DNA of 64,000 nt from Batkoa obscura (taxonomy: Eukaryota). This document shows, one piece after another, positions 26,052 through 39,198 of this stretch (within the stretch, counting starts at the first letter, position 1; each line of letters begins with the position of its first letter). The stretch covers positions 620,001 through 684,000 of the forward strand of contig JASVEC010000014.1 of NCBI GenBank assembly GCA_030770535.1, written 5' to 3'. The notes beneath the pieces were generated by a model, which was not told where the DNA came from, ran no database searches, and worked only from the letters and a program-made list of their open reading frames with translations. The position numbers were made by a program, and so were the translations under genes.

Positions 26052-27809
26052 TAAGAAAAATAAAAAAGAACGTATTGAACAGATTGTTATGTGTGAGTTA
26101 ACTACTTTTTAAAAGCATTTTATTTTGATTAAAATAGAGTGCTCTAATTTATTTAGCTATCAATTTATTTTTATTAAAAGTAGTTATAGACCATAATCTC
26201 TAAAATACTAATAAAATGTGATAATAGTTTATTGGTAATATAATATTATAAACTTCCATCAAATAGTTATTTTCTGATCCTAGATGAAATATAGGCGTAC
26301 CTCTTTTTGCTCAACATTTTTACTAATGGGTTTTCTACTTAATAATGCTCAAAAAGTGGAAAATTAAATGAAACCAAAAAGGGTATCTGCATATGTTTGA
26401 TACTGTGTTAAGTTACTGAACACCTTTTCCTTTAATTAAATTAATGTTTTTTAAATTTGGTATAGAAATATATCGAAAAAAACTTTGTTTTAATAGAAAA
26501 TGAATAAAAACATAGTAAATCAACTAATTTGTTTTAGAATTCGATACAAATAGCGTATGAGTGCAAAATAAAAATTAAAAGTGATAGTCATACTACTCGG
26601 GAACTTTTCGAATACTGTTGTGGACTTGGTGAGAATTCTATCATTAAATAAATACTATCTATTGTTTAATAGTTACTTAAATTCTACTTCTGTATTTTTT
26701 TAACTTATCGATGTGGTAGTGTCTCTTATTTAATATTTCATCCATTTCTTATGTAGCGTAAAATTTAAAATAGTTATTAGCTAAATGCTGGAACAAAAAA
26801 GACTGTACAATGTAGTGAATTAGTAATATTTTATTATTGGTAATATAAAGCTTTACATTGATCTATAAGTAGCTTTATGATAAAATCATTTTTATGAACT
26901 TTTTATTTGGGACATTTTTTAAATTTCCGCTAATTAGAGTGTAAATTTCCTAGTTAAATTATGTATAACCTACAGCTACCTTTACATAGGAATTATTTGT
27001 AAATCGTTATATAATGATAACTCTCTACACGTTTTTGCTTTTTTACAATAATGTTATAATAAAGTTTTTTAATGCTGTTGTTAAATGGGATATTTATATT
27101 ACAAAACTAAATTTAAATCTGATCTAAGTTAAAAAATAGTAAAATTAGTCAATTGATAAAAAACACTCCCAAGTATTTATTGAGCAATAAACAGACTTTG
27201 TTTATAGAAATCATGTAGATAATCTTATTTTAAAGTTTAAGGACTTTATAGAGATACACACTACTATTGCAAAGTGAAATCAATAAACAACTGATTTCAT
27301 GAATCGCTATTCTCATAAATACTCTGGTTATGTAGATTTCACTTAGATAAAATTTGCATTTTAATTTATAATTAAACTGTCTTGATAAACTGAATGTAGT
27401 CTAGTATCTTTTTTATCGAAACTCACAATCGTATTCGTTATATTTTTGTTTATTGAAATTATTACAATTGTATTAGTTTTTTATAATTACCTTCTTTTCA
27501 CAAGAATTGAGTTTAAATCTGATGTACATGGAATAAAATATTCTAAATAATGAAGTTATACATATGCTGGAACTTTATTGTAACAGCTAGTGATAAGTTT
27601 TAGAACAGCTATTTATTCAATTAGTTTTTTTAAATATTAATTTTAGATTTTGAATTAATTTAAGTTATATTTTACTCTTGGGTAAACAATCAATTAGATT
27701 GCAATAAACCTATAAGAGTTGTATTTTTCTAAATAAATTTACTAATAAAAAGTGAAATAATGATGTGAAATCAAAAAAAGTGGTAATTTGGGATAAAAAG
27801 GGAGCATAT

Positions 27810-27905
27810 GGTGGTGTTTTTTGGTCACATCTATTCATTTATTTTAATACAACCAAAAAGTCACACAAGTTATTAACAAGGTTCTTAAACAAAAAATACA
27901 CGTGT
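27810..27905 (-). mobile_element. Degenerate MITE A in the proximal promoter of DJ-1 copy 2
   Basis: ATAT-GGTGGTGTTTTTTGG...TTCTTAAACAAAAAATACA. Confidence 0.5.
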
Positions 27906-27957
27906 ACATAAAGTCTTCCCAAAGATTATTTTTTGTTGTTTTTAGAAAAATTTAAAG

Positions 27958-28687
27958 ATGTCAACTATAAAGTCAAAAAGCAAAATGAAATACACTTAAT
28001 GATTATAAACATATAATACCCTTTATTAGATACCATCGATCCTTCTTTACCAAATCAAGAGAAGTATAAAATTGAGTTTATCATCTACAAACAGTTTACC
28101 ATGTTAGATTTAGTAGGTCCAGCAGAAATATTAGGTGATCATCCAGATCTATTTGAGACTGTAAGTATTGGAGTTAATGGTGATAGTTTAGTAAACTCTT
28201 GGTTTAATAGTTTAACCTATCACACAAAGCTAAGTATCAAAGAAGCTAAGAGGCAACATTTTGATTTAATAGTAGTACCTGGAGGAGTACAAGGGACTTA
28301 TGCTATGGTAGCCAATGATGAATTTATTCAAGACTTCACTGAATTATGTAACAATACTAAAGTAGTATTTACAGTTTGTACTGGTGCATTAATATTAGCT
28401 CAAACTGGACTATTAGATGGACTGAAAGCAACTACTAATAAATCATTATTTTATAAAAAAACACCAGATCATCCAAAAGTCGACTGGGTTTGGAAAGCAC
28501 GTTGGGTTCATCATGGTAAATTTATTACTTCCAGTGGTGTTACAGCGGGGATTGATGCAGCTTTGTATATTCTTTCCTTAGTTAAGGATAAAAAAATAGT
28601 GGAATTTTTTGCTGATATGTTAGATATACAGTTAATCTTGATCCCGATCAAGATCCTTTTACTGAGGTTTACGAGCAAGGAAAATAA
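27958..28687 (+). pseudogene. DJ-1/PfpI copy 2, probably inactivated
   Basis: GC donor at 27980 where paralogs have GT; 1-bp deletion near 28625 (TTAGATATAC vs TTAGAATATAC) shifts the EY...DPF tail; PYFP>PSLP; no TATA seen. Confidence 0.7.
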
Positions 28688-29423
28688 ACTGGCAGATTTG
28701 ATATAATAATATATAAAACTATTTTGGTTCAAACGGAATAATGCGTCTAATTTATTTAATGGTTTAGCTTTAGATTATAGTTGAATATAAATTATAAACT
28801 TTGAAATATAAATTGATTTTGGGCATATTGAGATAGTAGGATTAACAGTTTTAATTGTACATACTATTTTAATCAAGAAGCATCAATTTAAAATTATAAT
28901 TTTCAATCAAATAATCAATAAACCAAAAACTATCAACATTATACTTCATTTTGCTATATAAGATATAACTAACAAGATGGATAAGCAGATGATAACTTAA
29001 GGTATGAGTCATATTGATCGGTAATTTACTCAATAACACTGTGTGATGACAAAAGTTTCCTCATTAACTAAACACTGCTTGTTGATAGACACTTGTTTAA
29101 ACCATAGTTCCACGATATTTAATTTATCAATATGTAAATGTCGTTTTGCTTTAATATTTTGGCCGCTTTTTATATAGTGTAAAATTGCAAAAATTAAAAG
29201 TAAAAGTAAAACAAAGAAGACAAGCATATTCATTTGAAAACTATTGAAAGTTGAAAGTTAAAAAATATAATACGCACCTAATTTTGCGAACCCTGTGTTG
29301 TGTATATAAAATGGGTAAAATTATAGAAATATATATACTTTATTTTTTTTAAACCTTGGGGTATATTGACAAAGGGTTTGGATTCAATAACTGATAAAAA
29401 CTCAATATTTATAAGTTTCATAT

Positions 29424-29519
29424 GGGAGTGTTTTTTTTGACTTCATTATCTTTCCACTTTAAGCGTTATTTAAGCGGAAAATTTGGTAGTAAAATTCTTA
29501 AACATAAAAATACATCCCC
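29424..29519 (-). mobile_element. MITE family A copy
   Basis: ATAT-GGGAGTG...CATCCCC-ATAT. Confidence 0.85.
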
Positions 29520-29820
29520 ATATATTATATTCCAGCTTCACAAAGCTTCATATTAAGCTATAAGCGATTTTAAAATAATATTAAACCTTATAGATATTTT
29601 TATAGTAATAATGGACTTCACTAAATCATGCTAGTTAAATTATAAATTGAGTAGTTTATTTCTTATAGAATCTGTGGCTACATTTTAAAGAAAACTGCAA
29701 AACTTGTAAAACTAACTCTTTATATATTCTGGGTTTTTTACAATAATGCTGTAGTAGGGTTTTTCAACATTGATGTTAGATTAAAACCAGTTGACAATTA
29801 TTGGTTTTATAAAAAAATAT

Positions 29821-29919
29821 GGGGATGTATTTTTGTGTCTAACAATTTTACTAACAATTTCTCTACTTAAATAGCGCTTGGAAGGTGGAAAAAGTAATGA
29901 AGCCAAAAAAGACATCCCC
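29821..29919 (+). mobile_element. MITE family A copy
   Basis: ATAT-GGGGATG...CATCCCC-ATAT. Confidence 0.85.
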
Positions 29920-30592
29920 ATATTATTAATATCATAACTACTAGTATTATTCAGATATTAAAATCTAACGTGGGCTTGTTAAAATGAGCAAAGCAAATAT
30001 TTGCTCAATTAATAATTTTTCCATAGTTGTTAGTAATTACGCAAATATCCCACTTTCTCAAACTGGGCTCACTTTAAATTCACATTACCTTTTATTTTAT
30101 ATTTTAGGTTGCCTTAATAAACTAGCGTGTTGTCTGATCATCTTTATTGAATCTATCTATATATTTATTATTATTAGGTCATTCTGAAAGCTTCAATTTT
30201 TTAATTAAAATCAACAAACATCATTACAATGGTCAATCTTAAATCAAAATTATTTTTAAAAATGCATTGGTAGTATAATTTTATGCCTTTAATCTTTTAG
30301 ATTTGCCCAAAAAATAAATGTACTTTCGGAACGACTTAAATTCTTTAAAAAAATTTAGTTAATATCCGAAAAATGCAATGTTGCTATTTTTAATTTTAAA
30401 AGATTATAACTCTTGATTCACTAATAGATCTATTTTACCAATGAAGTAGAGCCAAAACTTTTAATAGCAATAAAGGATGCATACTCCAAGAATAAACAAC
30501 ATAAAGGATGGTGTTAATAAAAAAAGTAACGGTAGGCAAAAAAGAGTATATAAAAGAAGAATAAAAAGCAATTATTTGTTAATAAATTAAAA

Positions 30593-31323
30593 ATGACAAC
30601 TATAGTATCAAAAAGTAAAGTAAATTAAAAAATAAAAGATAATAAACTATATACTAACTAAATTTGTTAGATATCGTCGATCCCTATTTTCCAAAGCAAG
30701 AGAAATACAAAGTTGGGTTCATTATCTATGAAAATTTCACCATGCTGGATTTAGTAGGTCCAGCAGAAATAATAGGTGGCCATCCAGATCTATTTGAGAC
30801 TGTAAGTATTGGAGTTAATGGTGATAGTTTAGTAAACTCTTGGTTCAACAGCTTAACATTTCATACGAAGCTAAGTATCAAAGAAGCCAAGCTACAAAGC
30901 TTTGATTTGGTGATAGTGCCAGGGGGAGTGGATGGCACCTATGCTATGGTAGCCAATGATGAATTTATTCAAGATTTCACTGAATTATGTAACAATACTA
31001 AAGTAGTATTTACAGTTTGTACTGGTGCATTAATATTAGCTCAAACTGGATTATTAGATGGAATGAAAGCAACTACTAATAAAATGGTATTTTATAAAAA
31101 AACACCGAATCATCCCAAGGTCAATTGGGTTTATCACGCGCGCTGGGTTCATCATAATAAATACATTACGTCAAGTGGTGTTACTGCTGGTATGGATGCT
31201 GCTTTATATATTATTTCCTTAGTCAGAGGAAAAGGAAGTGCAAAAGAGTTTGCTGATATTTTAGAATATTCAGCTAATTTCGATCCAGATCAAGATCCTT
31301 TTGCTAAAGTTTATGAATCTTGA
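30593..31323 (+). CDS. DJ-1/PfpI family, cytosolic copy 3; exons 30593-30614 and 30671-31323
   Basis: 56-nt GT-AG intron with TACTAAC branch point gives MTTIVSKNIVDPYFP; same motifs; TATATAAA at 30547. Confidence 0.92.
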
Positions 31324-31479
31324 TAATAAATTAATATATTGAGGATTCTTTTTTATGATTCATTAATCCTTTATTTAATTGATATGTATTGTAGCATTTC
31401 AAATACAAAATTGCTTTGGTAATCTAATAGAATGGGGTGAGTTGTTTTCTTGACCGTTTAGTACTACAGATAAACAAAT

Positions 31480-31574
31480 GGAGATGTATTTTTTCGTTTA
31501 AGAATTTCACTAACAATTTTTCACTCAAATAGCGCTTAAAAAATGGAAAAGTAATGGAATCAAAAAAAACATCT
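31480..31574 (+). mobile_element. MITE family A copy, AAAT on both sides
   Basis: AAAT-GGAGATG...CATCT-AAAT. Confidence 0.8.
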
Positions 31575-31808
31575 AAATAATAAAGTTGATATCGCAACTT
31601 TTTAAATAAACAATTATTTTTAGTTATAATTGCTTTTTATTCTTACTAACTATTGGTATTTATTTTAATAAAAAGCTAATAAATAATTAAACAAATGATA
31701 ATTTAGTTTAAATTTATTAGCATTTGACTACTGTAATATTAATATCTTTATTTAGTTAATTATTTAAATTTAATTAGTTTACAATAGACTAAAATAATAA
31801 TAATCATA

Positions 31809-32549
31809 TTATAATAAGGGTAGAATCGCATACGGGTCACTATCTGGATCATCATTATATTTATACTCTATTTTTTCAGTATAATTTTTAGTATATTCAC
31901 CACCTTTGATTAAAGAAAGGATATAGGTAGAGGCGTCGATACCAGCTGTAATACCACTTGATGTAATATATCTTTTATTATGTACCCAACGAGCATGATA
32001 AATCCAGTTAACTTTACGAAGTATAGGGGTATAAATAGGATAGGCCATTTTATTAGTAGTAGCATACACACCATCAATTAATCCAGTTTTAGCTAATACT
32101 AAAGCACCACTACAAACTGTGAACACTACCTTTGCTTTATTACAAATCTGTTTATATTTATTTATAAATACTTTATCATCTAATATTTTCAATCCATCTA
32201 TAAAGGCGCCAGGTAATACCACTATATCAAATTCTTGTTGAATAGCTTCTTCCATACTTAACTCGGAAGTAAAATGTAATGAACCACTTTGAGAAGCTAC
32301 AGTTCCATTTTTGGTTATACCAATGGTTACAGTTTCAAATATATCACTATTATCACTAAAGATTTCAGCTGGCCCTGTTAAATCTAATGTTGTGAACCTA
32401 TCATACATTACTAAACCAACTCTGTATTTTTCTAGCTTTGGAAAGTATGGATCAATGATGTTTTTATGGGGGTTTCCTTCACATAATATGAAGTTGAAGC
32501 TGAAGTTGAGTAATAAGAAAATGAATGTGATAAAATAATTTTGTTGCAT
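31809..32549 (-). CDS. DJ-1/PfpI family copy 4, signal peptide, intronless
   Basis: Leader MQQNYFITFIFLLLNFSFNFILC; LDLTGP, TVCSG, ATTNK, TSSGITAGID. Confidence 0.92.
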   Translation of the reverse strand: MQQNYFITFIFLLLNFSFNFILCEGNPHKNIIDPYFPKLEKYRVGLVMYDRFTTLDLTGPAEIFSDNSDIFETVTIGITKNGTVASQSGSLHFTSELSMEEAIQQEFDIVVLPGAFIDGLKILDDKVFINKYKQICNKAKVVFTVCSGALVLAKTGLIDGVYATTNKMAYPIYTPILRKVNWIYHARWVHNKRYITSSGITAGIDASTYILSLIKGGEYTKNYTEKIEYKYNDDPDSDPYAILPLL

Positions 32550-33887
32550 ATTTGTATGTTTGATTCCTTTAATTGTAATAAAGCTTAATTTTTGTTATTT
32601 TATATAGTCCTTATGTACTATTCTAAGTGGAGGCTTCTTAATAGATTCCTCATTTAGATTCAGTGGATTTAATATAAATCTTAATTAACTTTTAGTGGAA
32701 TTTTAATAATTTTATATCTAAAAATAGACATAAAAATCGTATCTTTATTTTATATCAAATTAATTTATTATTGCTTGTTTTAGTATTATCAAGACTAGAT
32801 ATATTATAAAAAGAATTTGTACTAGATAATCTCTGTAGTACATTACCTTATCAGAATAATAGAATAATAGATGGTACTACAGTACTACAGTATCACTTAT
32901 GTGTAAATCATGTATAAAATTAATCATGTTTAAAATCGATAAATGTAAGTTATTGCGCAAATTTGATGTAATTGTAGTTGCATAATTCTTCCCAATAAAA
33001 ATAGGAAAAAAACTATAGTGGTAATAAAATAATACAAAAGTAGCTTGTAAAGAAATTGTTAATGGTTTTGATTTTAAAGGAACATGTCTGTAAAGGATAT
33101 CAATCTCAACATTTTAATTTTTATGATGAAGGAATAGCTAGAAGTCAACGTTCTTTGAAAATATAATGAGGAGGCTCTTCCAAAATATGTAACTTGCTAA
33201 GTATTTTATTGAGGTAAACATTATTAAAACATCCTTTTTTATTTAAAAAGCATAAATCGAGTTTTAAACTCGTTTCATACTTGTTTTGGCAATAGCAAAT
33301 AGTATATTAGAGATATTTTATCCTACTCGCTTTATTTATAAAACTTAAGCTCAATTCATCTTATCATCTTTAGTAAACTAATACTCCCTGAGTTATATAC
33401 AGTAAATTTCGGTATTTTTTGTTAATTGGATCAATTAGTACAATTATATGATAAAACGGGGTTTATTAATTTTGCAATCCGTTTTTACAATGATATTAGG
33501 GATGAAATCCATATATATTGAACTTTTAACTTTAAAAAAACAAAAAATAAGTCTAATTTTCATACAATTTGTTAAGAATACAAAATAATGATCTTATTGC
33601 TGTTATTGCTTAAACTATTCTAATATCATTTGAAAAAACTATAATTAACCCAAATTGTACTTTATTACTACAGTTAATTTAGAGCATGGCAAATGTAAAT
33701 TGTAGTAATCTTGTATTTTCCGCTATTTTGTACCAATATTTTCTCATGATGTTAAAATATTCAATAATCCACCCCTGAAATGTTCTCGATACATGCTCAG
33801 TAATGTTTGAGAGAAAATAGTTATTAATTTTAATAATATGACAATGAAAAATTAAAAACAATGATATTAAAAGCAAACTTAAATATA

Positions 33888-34670
33888 TTAATTTAAACGA
33901 TAGTATGAACAATTAGTACCGAATTCAGGCTTATTGACTATAGGAGGTAAGTAACTAGGCAACTCAAGTTCCAATGACTGAGCTGGTGAAGAATAACTTA
34001 TTACTGGTGATAAGATAGATATAGGAGGTAAATAGTTAAGCAAGTCAGCTCTTGATGGCTGAGATGCCGAGGGATCACCGATTGCCGTTGATAGCTTTGG
34101 TAATTGTGGCAAGCTATTTAATCTAGCTCGATTATATTGAGCATCTGGTCTCGATACTGAAGCAAGTAATGGCCCAAAGACTGATGAGAAGCTTGGTAAT
34201 TCTGGCATACTATTTAATCTACTCCTGTGATAGTGTGGTGGTAAATTTGAAACTGGAGTACACCGTGGTACCTTTAATCCGCCATTTAATTTACTTGGAG
34301 AACAGCTTAAAGGCTCTCCCGAAAATGGCGGAATAGTAATATCATTTTGCGTAGAAATAGGAGCTGATGGTGAAACTGGTAGGCTTAAAGGCTTGGTTTC
34401 ATTATCAACAGGATATATGCCATCGGTTTTGTTTTTTGTATCAGCATAAGAATATGTACATTTTTTCTTTTTACTAACACAGCTTTTACAGCCAGGAAAT
34501 CGATCTCTGGAGCATTCCTTTTTCCAATTTCTACAGTTGTCACATGCAACGGCTCTTGGACCCCTTTGTAAATTCTTTTTAGGCTTGGAAGTGGTGACGG
34601 TCTTTGTGCTTTTGACTACTTTGGGAGCTTTGTTGGATTTGGAGGGCTTTTTGGTGTATGAGCGTGGCAT
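33888..34670 (-). CDS. Short Zn(II)2Cys6 protein with Pro/Ser-rich tail (260 aa)
   Basis: ACDNCRNWKKECSRDRFPGCKSCVSKKKKCTY; no middle-homology region. Confidence 0.85.
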   Translation of the reverse strand: MPRSYTKKPSKSNKAPKVVKSTKTVTTSKPKKNLQRGPRAVACDNCRNWKKECSRDRFPGCKSCVSKKKKCTYSYADTKNKTDGIYPVDNETKPLSLPVSPSAPISTQNDITIPPFSGEPLSCSPSKLNGGLKVPRCTPVSNLPPHYHRSRLNSMPELPSFSSVFGPLLASVSRPDAQYNRARLNSLPQLPKLSTAIGDPSASQPSRADLLNYLPPISILSPVISYSSPAQSLELELPSYLPPIVNKPEFGTNCSYYRLN

Positions 34671-36710
34671 TGTTGAGAAAATGTAAAAATCAAATGCAAA
34701 AAAAGGAAATAGTTTCTTTTACAAAAAACTGAATCAATGATGAAGCAAAATTTAGCTTATTTATACTTTTTGATTCAGAATCCATTTGGTGGTAATTTTG
34801 TTTGTTCCGAAATAGCTAATTTATAAAAAATCTTATTGCTATTTCACGCCTTTTTTACTCCCTTATTCTATACTTTTAAAAGTACATTTATTGGGTTTTT
34901 CCGACTTTTTGGTGTTTTTTCTCCGACTTTTACGATTATAAATCCACTTTTTAGTATTTTACTGTATATTGTGGCTATTTGAAATCGATCCTTCATTTAT
35001 TAAAGGCATTAAATTAGGTAATTAAAGTATAGGGTGGTAGTTATTCCTTTGACCACATATGATTAGATATATTTTAAGAAGCAAAACTTTTTTGTATTCT
35101 CTGGTAATATTCTTAGTTAACGTGCTTTGGGGTATTGTCAGCTGTTTAAATGTTCTGAAAAGCAAGGTCTCTGTTGCTATTAGACGAATACTATAATACC
35201 AAATTATAAAGTCAGAATATGTAATAATCTTGTTCAGTAGAGTAAAGGCCTAGTGTCTGTAAATCATATTTATTTCAATAGCTTTATTATGTAGTGAAAT
35301 AACTAATAAATTAACTATTAGCACGTAATATAGTTTTAATCTCCTTTTATTTTAATTGCAGCATATTAATATCAATTTATAACTAAATAATCATATTAAT
35401 TCCAGTTATAAAGAACTTTATCAGAACACCCTGCAAACAAACTAGAATATAAATTGATAAAAAAACCACCTAAACCATTATTGTGATATTTTAGGTATTA
35501 ATTCAGCGCTAAAATGAGTACAACCAACAGTATTCATTATAGTTATAAAACATGTGTCTGGGGCAGTTACATCAACTCAATAAGAAAGCGGAATAAATAT
35601 ATCAGCATTTTCAATTAATTATAATTTACTAATTTATACACATTAATTTTCTCAATAAATAGTAAAACTTGTTTATTCCGGAAGTAAACAGCAGTTTTTT
35701 TATAAATCCCAAAAGTACCCAGCTTGCTTATGTTAATGGAAAATTGGTAAGGCATTCAAATGCGGCATTGTTTATAAAGGCAATTGAAGAGACAATGTTT
35801 ATTCAAGTAGGCATTTCCAAAATAGTTTTACTAACTAAATAACAGTGAAGCTTAAATGAGAGCAAAGTTAGAAAAGCAATGCTTAATACTAATGACAGGT
35901 GTCAGAATCAAAAAAAACATAGATGGATTATATATACATAATATACTTACAGTTTATAGAAATAAAATTTTTAGCATTTAACTCAATAAAAGTATATTAT
36001 TAAAGATTCATAAAGAAAAAGTTATATGAGCCATATTTGCAATTAAATCTATTCTGATAACTTTAGGTTAAATTTTATTAAGGTTTTCAGTATAATTTAG
36101 TATACTTTACTAGAGTTCATTAAAAGATTTAATTAAAAGTTACTTTAATCCATATGTTCAAATACTATTTACTAAAAATCTCAATAATTTATGATAAAAT
36201 TACACTTATTATATATGATGATTTTAATATAATTAATGTAACAAGGAACATGATTTTACAACTAGCTACCATTAAATCCAGATGATATATAGGAAACGTT
36301 TTAAAAAGCATTTTTAGTTAAATATATTGGCTTTAAGTTAAATTTAAGTTTGTTTATTTGAGTAGTAATATAATCAGACTGTACACTAGTAGATGGTTTA
36401 TTATCCAATTAACTTTTATGAAGCTTTGATATTAAACCTAATATGATTAATAGAATATTTACCTAATAAGCAAGTTTATCATTGGGAATACTTCCTTTCT
36501 AGTCATATTGATAGCTTATTGGTCTTTTTCTATCCTTTGTTTAAATCCAGATCCAGAGCCTTTAAAGAAAACATATTACAAAAAGTCAAGATTTTTGAGC
36601 AGTTCGGATTGGTAAATCCAGCCAAGATTAAACTTACAAATTGAAGATATGATAAAAAAATAACAAGCTCATTTATTTTTCAAAAGAGGATATAATGATT
36701 CAACAACAAT

Positions 36711-36789
36711 AGCAATGGGGCGCTCAGAAGCATACACAGGACAGCCGTATGACAAACAGGAAATTTATCACTAAACCAACGCTGATTGC
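36711..36789 (-). pseudogene. Degenerate tRNA-Gly relic
   Basis: Reverse complement GTTGGTTTAGTGATAAATTTCCTGTTTGTCATACGGCTGTCC aligns without gaps to tRNA-Gly GTTGGTTTAGTGGTAAAATTGCCGCCTGCCACGCGGCAGCCC; ends CATTGC. Confidence 0.75.
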
Positions 36790-36953
36790 TTGATTTTTGT
36801 TCAAAACTATTGCTAAGCTATATGTGATTAATTAGTGTTTAACAAATAATGTTAAAAAAATCTTTAAACATGTTTGACTATCACTTTGTATCGTTGTTTT
36901 GATTTTAAGAACTAAATGAGAATTTGCTTTTATATTATAATTAATTTATTTTA

Positions 36954-37715
36954 TTATGAGAAAAATTTCATATGTTGTCCTAAACCCGGAATTGCGTATG
37001 GATCATTATCTGGATTATCGTTATACTCATATTCTATCACATCTGAGTAACGCTTAGCACTCTCGTCGCCTTTGATTAAAGAAAGGATATACATGGCCGC
37101 GTCTACACCAGCAGCTATCCCGCTCGAAGTAATATATTTTCTATTATGTACCCAACGAGCGTGATAGATCCAGTTGATTTTACGAAGTAAGGGTGTATAC
37201 ATAGGGTAGGCCATTTTATTAGTAGTAGCATACACACCATCAATTAATCCAGTTTTAGCTAATACTAAAGAGCCAGTGCAAATAGTAAATACCACTTTAG
37301 CTTTATTGCAAAGTTGTTTATATTTATTTATAAATACTTTGTCTTCTAATATCCTTAATCCATCTATAAAAGCACCTGGTATTGCTAGTATATCGAACTC
37401 TTGCTGGACCGCTTCTTCCATACTTAATTCTGTATTAAATAACAATCTATTTCTTTGAGAAGGAACGGTTCCATTTCTATTCATACCAATGGTTACAGTT
37501 TCAAATATATCACTATTATCACTAAAGATTTCAGCTGGCCCTGCTAAATCTAATAGAGTAAATTCAGGATATATTACTAAACCAACTCTGTATTTTTCTA
37601 GCTTTGGAAAGTATGGATCAATGATGTTTTTATGGGGGTTTCCTTCACATAATATGAAGTTGAAGCTGAAGTTGAGTAATAAGAAAATGAATGTGATAAA
37701 ATAATTTTGTTGCAT
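36954..37715 (-). CDS. DJ-1/PfpI family copy 5, signal peptide, intronless
   Basis: Same leader as copy 4; LDLAGP, TICTG, ATTNK. Confidence 0.92.
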   Translation of the reverse strand: MQQNYFITFIFLLLNFSFNFILCEGNPHKNIIDPYFPKLEKYRVGLVIYPEFTLLDLAGPAEIFSDNSDIFETVTIGMNRNGTVPSQRNRLLFNTELSMEEAVQQEFDILAIPGAFIDGLRILEDKVFINKYKQLCNKAKVVFTICTGSLVLAKTGLIDGVYATTNKMAYPMYTPLLRKINWIYHARWVHNRKYITSSGIAAGVDAAMYILSLIKGDESAKRYSDVIEYEYNDNPDNDPYAIPGLGQHMKFFS

Positions 37716-37993
37716 ATTTGTATGTTTGATTCCTTTAATTGTAATAAAGCTTAATTTTTGTTATTTTATATAGTCCTTATGTACTATTCTAAGTGGAGGC
37801 TTCTTAATAGATTCCTCATTTAGATTCAGTGGATTTAATATAAATCTTAATTAACTTTTAGTGGAATTTTAATAATTTTATATCTAAAAATAGACATAAA
37901 AATCGTATCTTTATTTTATATCAAATTAATTTATTATTGCTTGTTTTAGTATTATCAAGACTAGATATATTATAAAAAGAATTTGTACTAAAT

Positions 37994-38092
37994 GGGAATG
38001 TATTTTTGTGTTTAAGAATTTCACTAACAAATTTTCCGCTTAAATAGCGCTTAAAAGATGGAAAAAATGCTCAAGCTAAAAAAAACATCCCC
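37994..38092 (+). mobile_element. MITE family A copy with a paralogous empty site at ~32825
   Basis: GTACT-AAAT-[element]-AAAT-AATC versus GTACT-AGAT-AATC. Confidence 0.9.
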
Positions 38093-38886
38093 AAATAATC
38101 ACTGTAGTACATTACCTTATCAATGAAGTAAAGTGCTTCTGATTAAATGTCTTTTGCTTCAAACTTTGCAACATTATTGTTTGTAAAATAATTTTGAAAA
38201 ACCAGGTGTATTATAACATTTTGATTTATACTTCTAGGCTAATTATTTTGCTCTAAATTCATTTACTATAATTCTTTATTAATCTCCTAATATCAAAATT
38301 TGATAATTAAATCATAATACTTAAGCGTAATTTAAGTTGCATTTGTAAACATTAATATCCCAGAAAATAAAATTTCCAAGAAAAAGTAGTTTAAAATATT
38401 ATACATATAGCTCAGATTGGACTTATTTAAAGCTATAAGGAAAATTTTAGCTACGGATTCCTTTGGTCCTGGGTCTTCTGTCGTTTCAAATGTTTTATCT
38501 TTACTAACTTAGTTGTTATAGATTTTAACTATTGTCTTAAGCATGTAATTCAAAATTTTTTTTACATACTTTTGCTGTAAATTTATGTAAAACAAACTGA
38601 CAAAGTTAAAATGAGAATCCTGTATGAATTACTGAAAAAATTAAAAATAGAAAAAATAGCAATACTCAAATAAACAATAGCTTTTGAAAAGCTATATCAA
38701 GATAAAAACAGTTGTATCATATATCGGCTCTTCTAAAGATTTATGTATTATAAACTACCAGTAAACATTAGAAAATTATTTCATTGCTTAAAGAAGCATA
38801 ATAAATCTTCAATATAAATTCTGACAAAAACTGTTCAGTAAGTAATAAAAGCATCATTTTTATTAAAAACTATTATCAAAGAAAAA

Positions 38887-38957
38887 TGCAATGTCCGGGA
38901 ATCGAACCCGGGGCTGCCGCGTGGCAGGCGGCAATTTTACCACTAAACCAACATTGC
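38887..38957 (-). tRNA. tRNA-Gly(GCC)
   Basis: Acceptor GCAATGT/ACATTGC, anticodon arm GCCGC-CTGCCAC-GCGGC, T-loop TTCGATT. Confidence 0.95.
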
Positions 38958-39198
38958 ATATACCTCTGGTTTAAAATAAATATATAATAATAATATATTT
39001 TTATCACAACTAAAGGTCAACCAAAAAGATGTGATTTAGATAATTATCATCTTACTAATACTCATGAAATGAAAAATATTTTACTTTAAGATTATACTAT
39101 AAGTTATCATTGATTTGAAATAATATGTTAACTGATTTTTATAAAAATTTATTTGAATTTGTATAAAATAATAGCATATATATTATTACTATCGTAGT

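Noticed and set aside
25380..30670. ORF-track starts at 25380, 28101 and 30664
   Set aside because: They lie in introns or are internal; conserved upstream mini-exons give the real starts at 25330, 27958 and 30593
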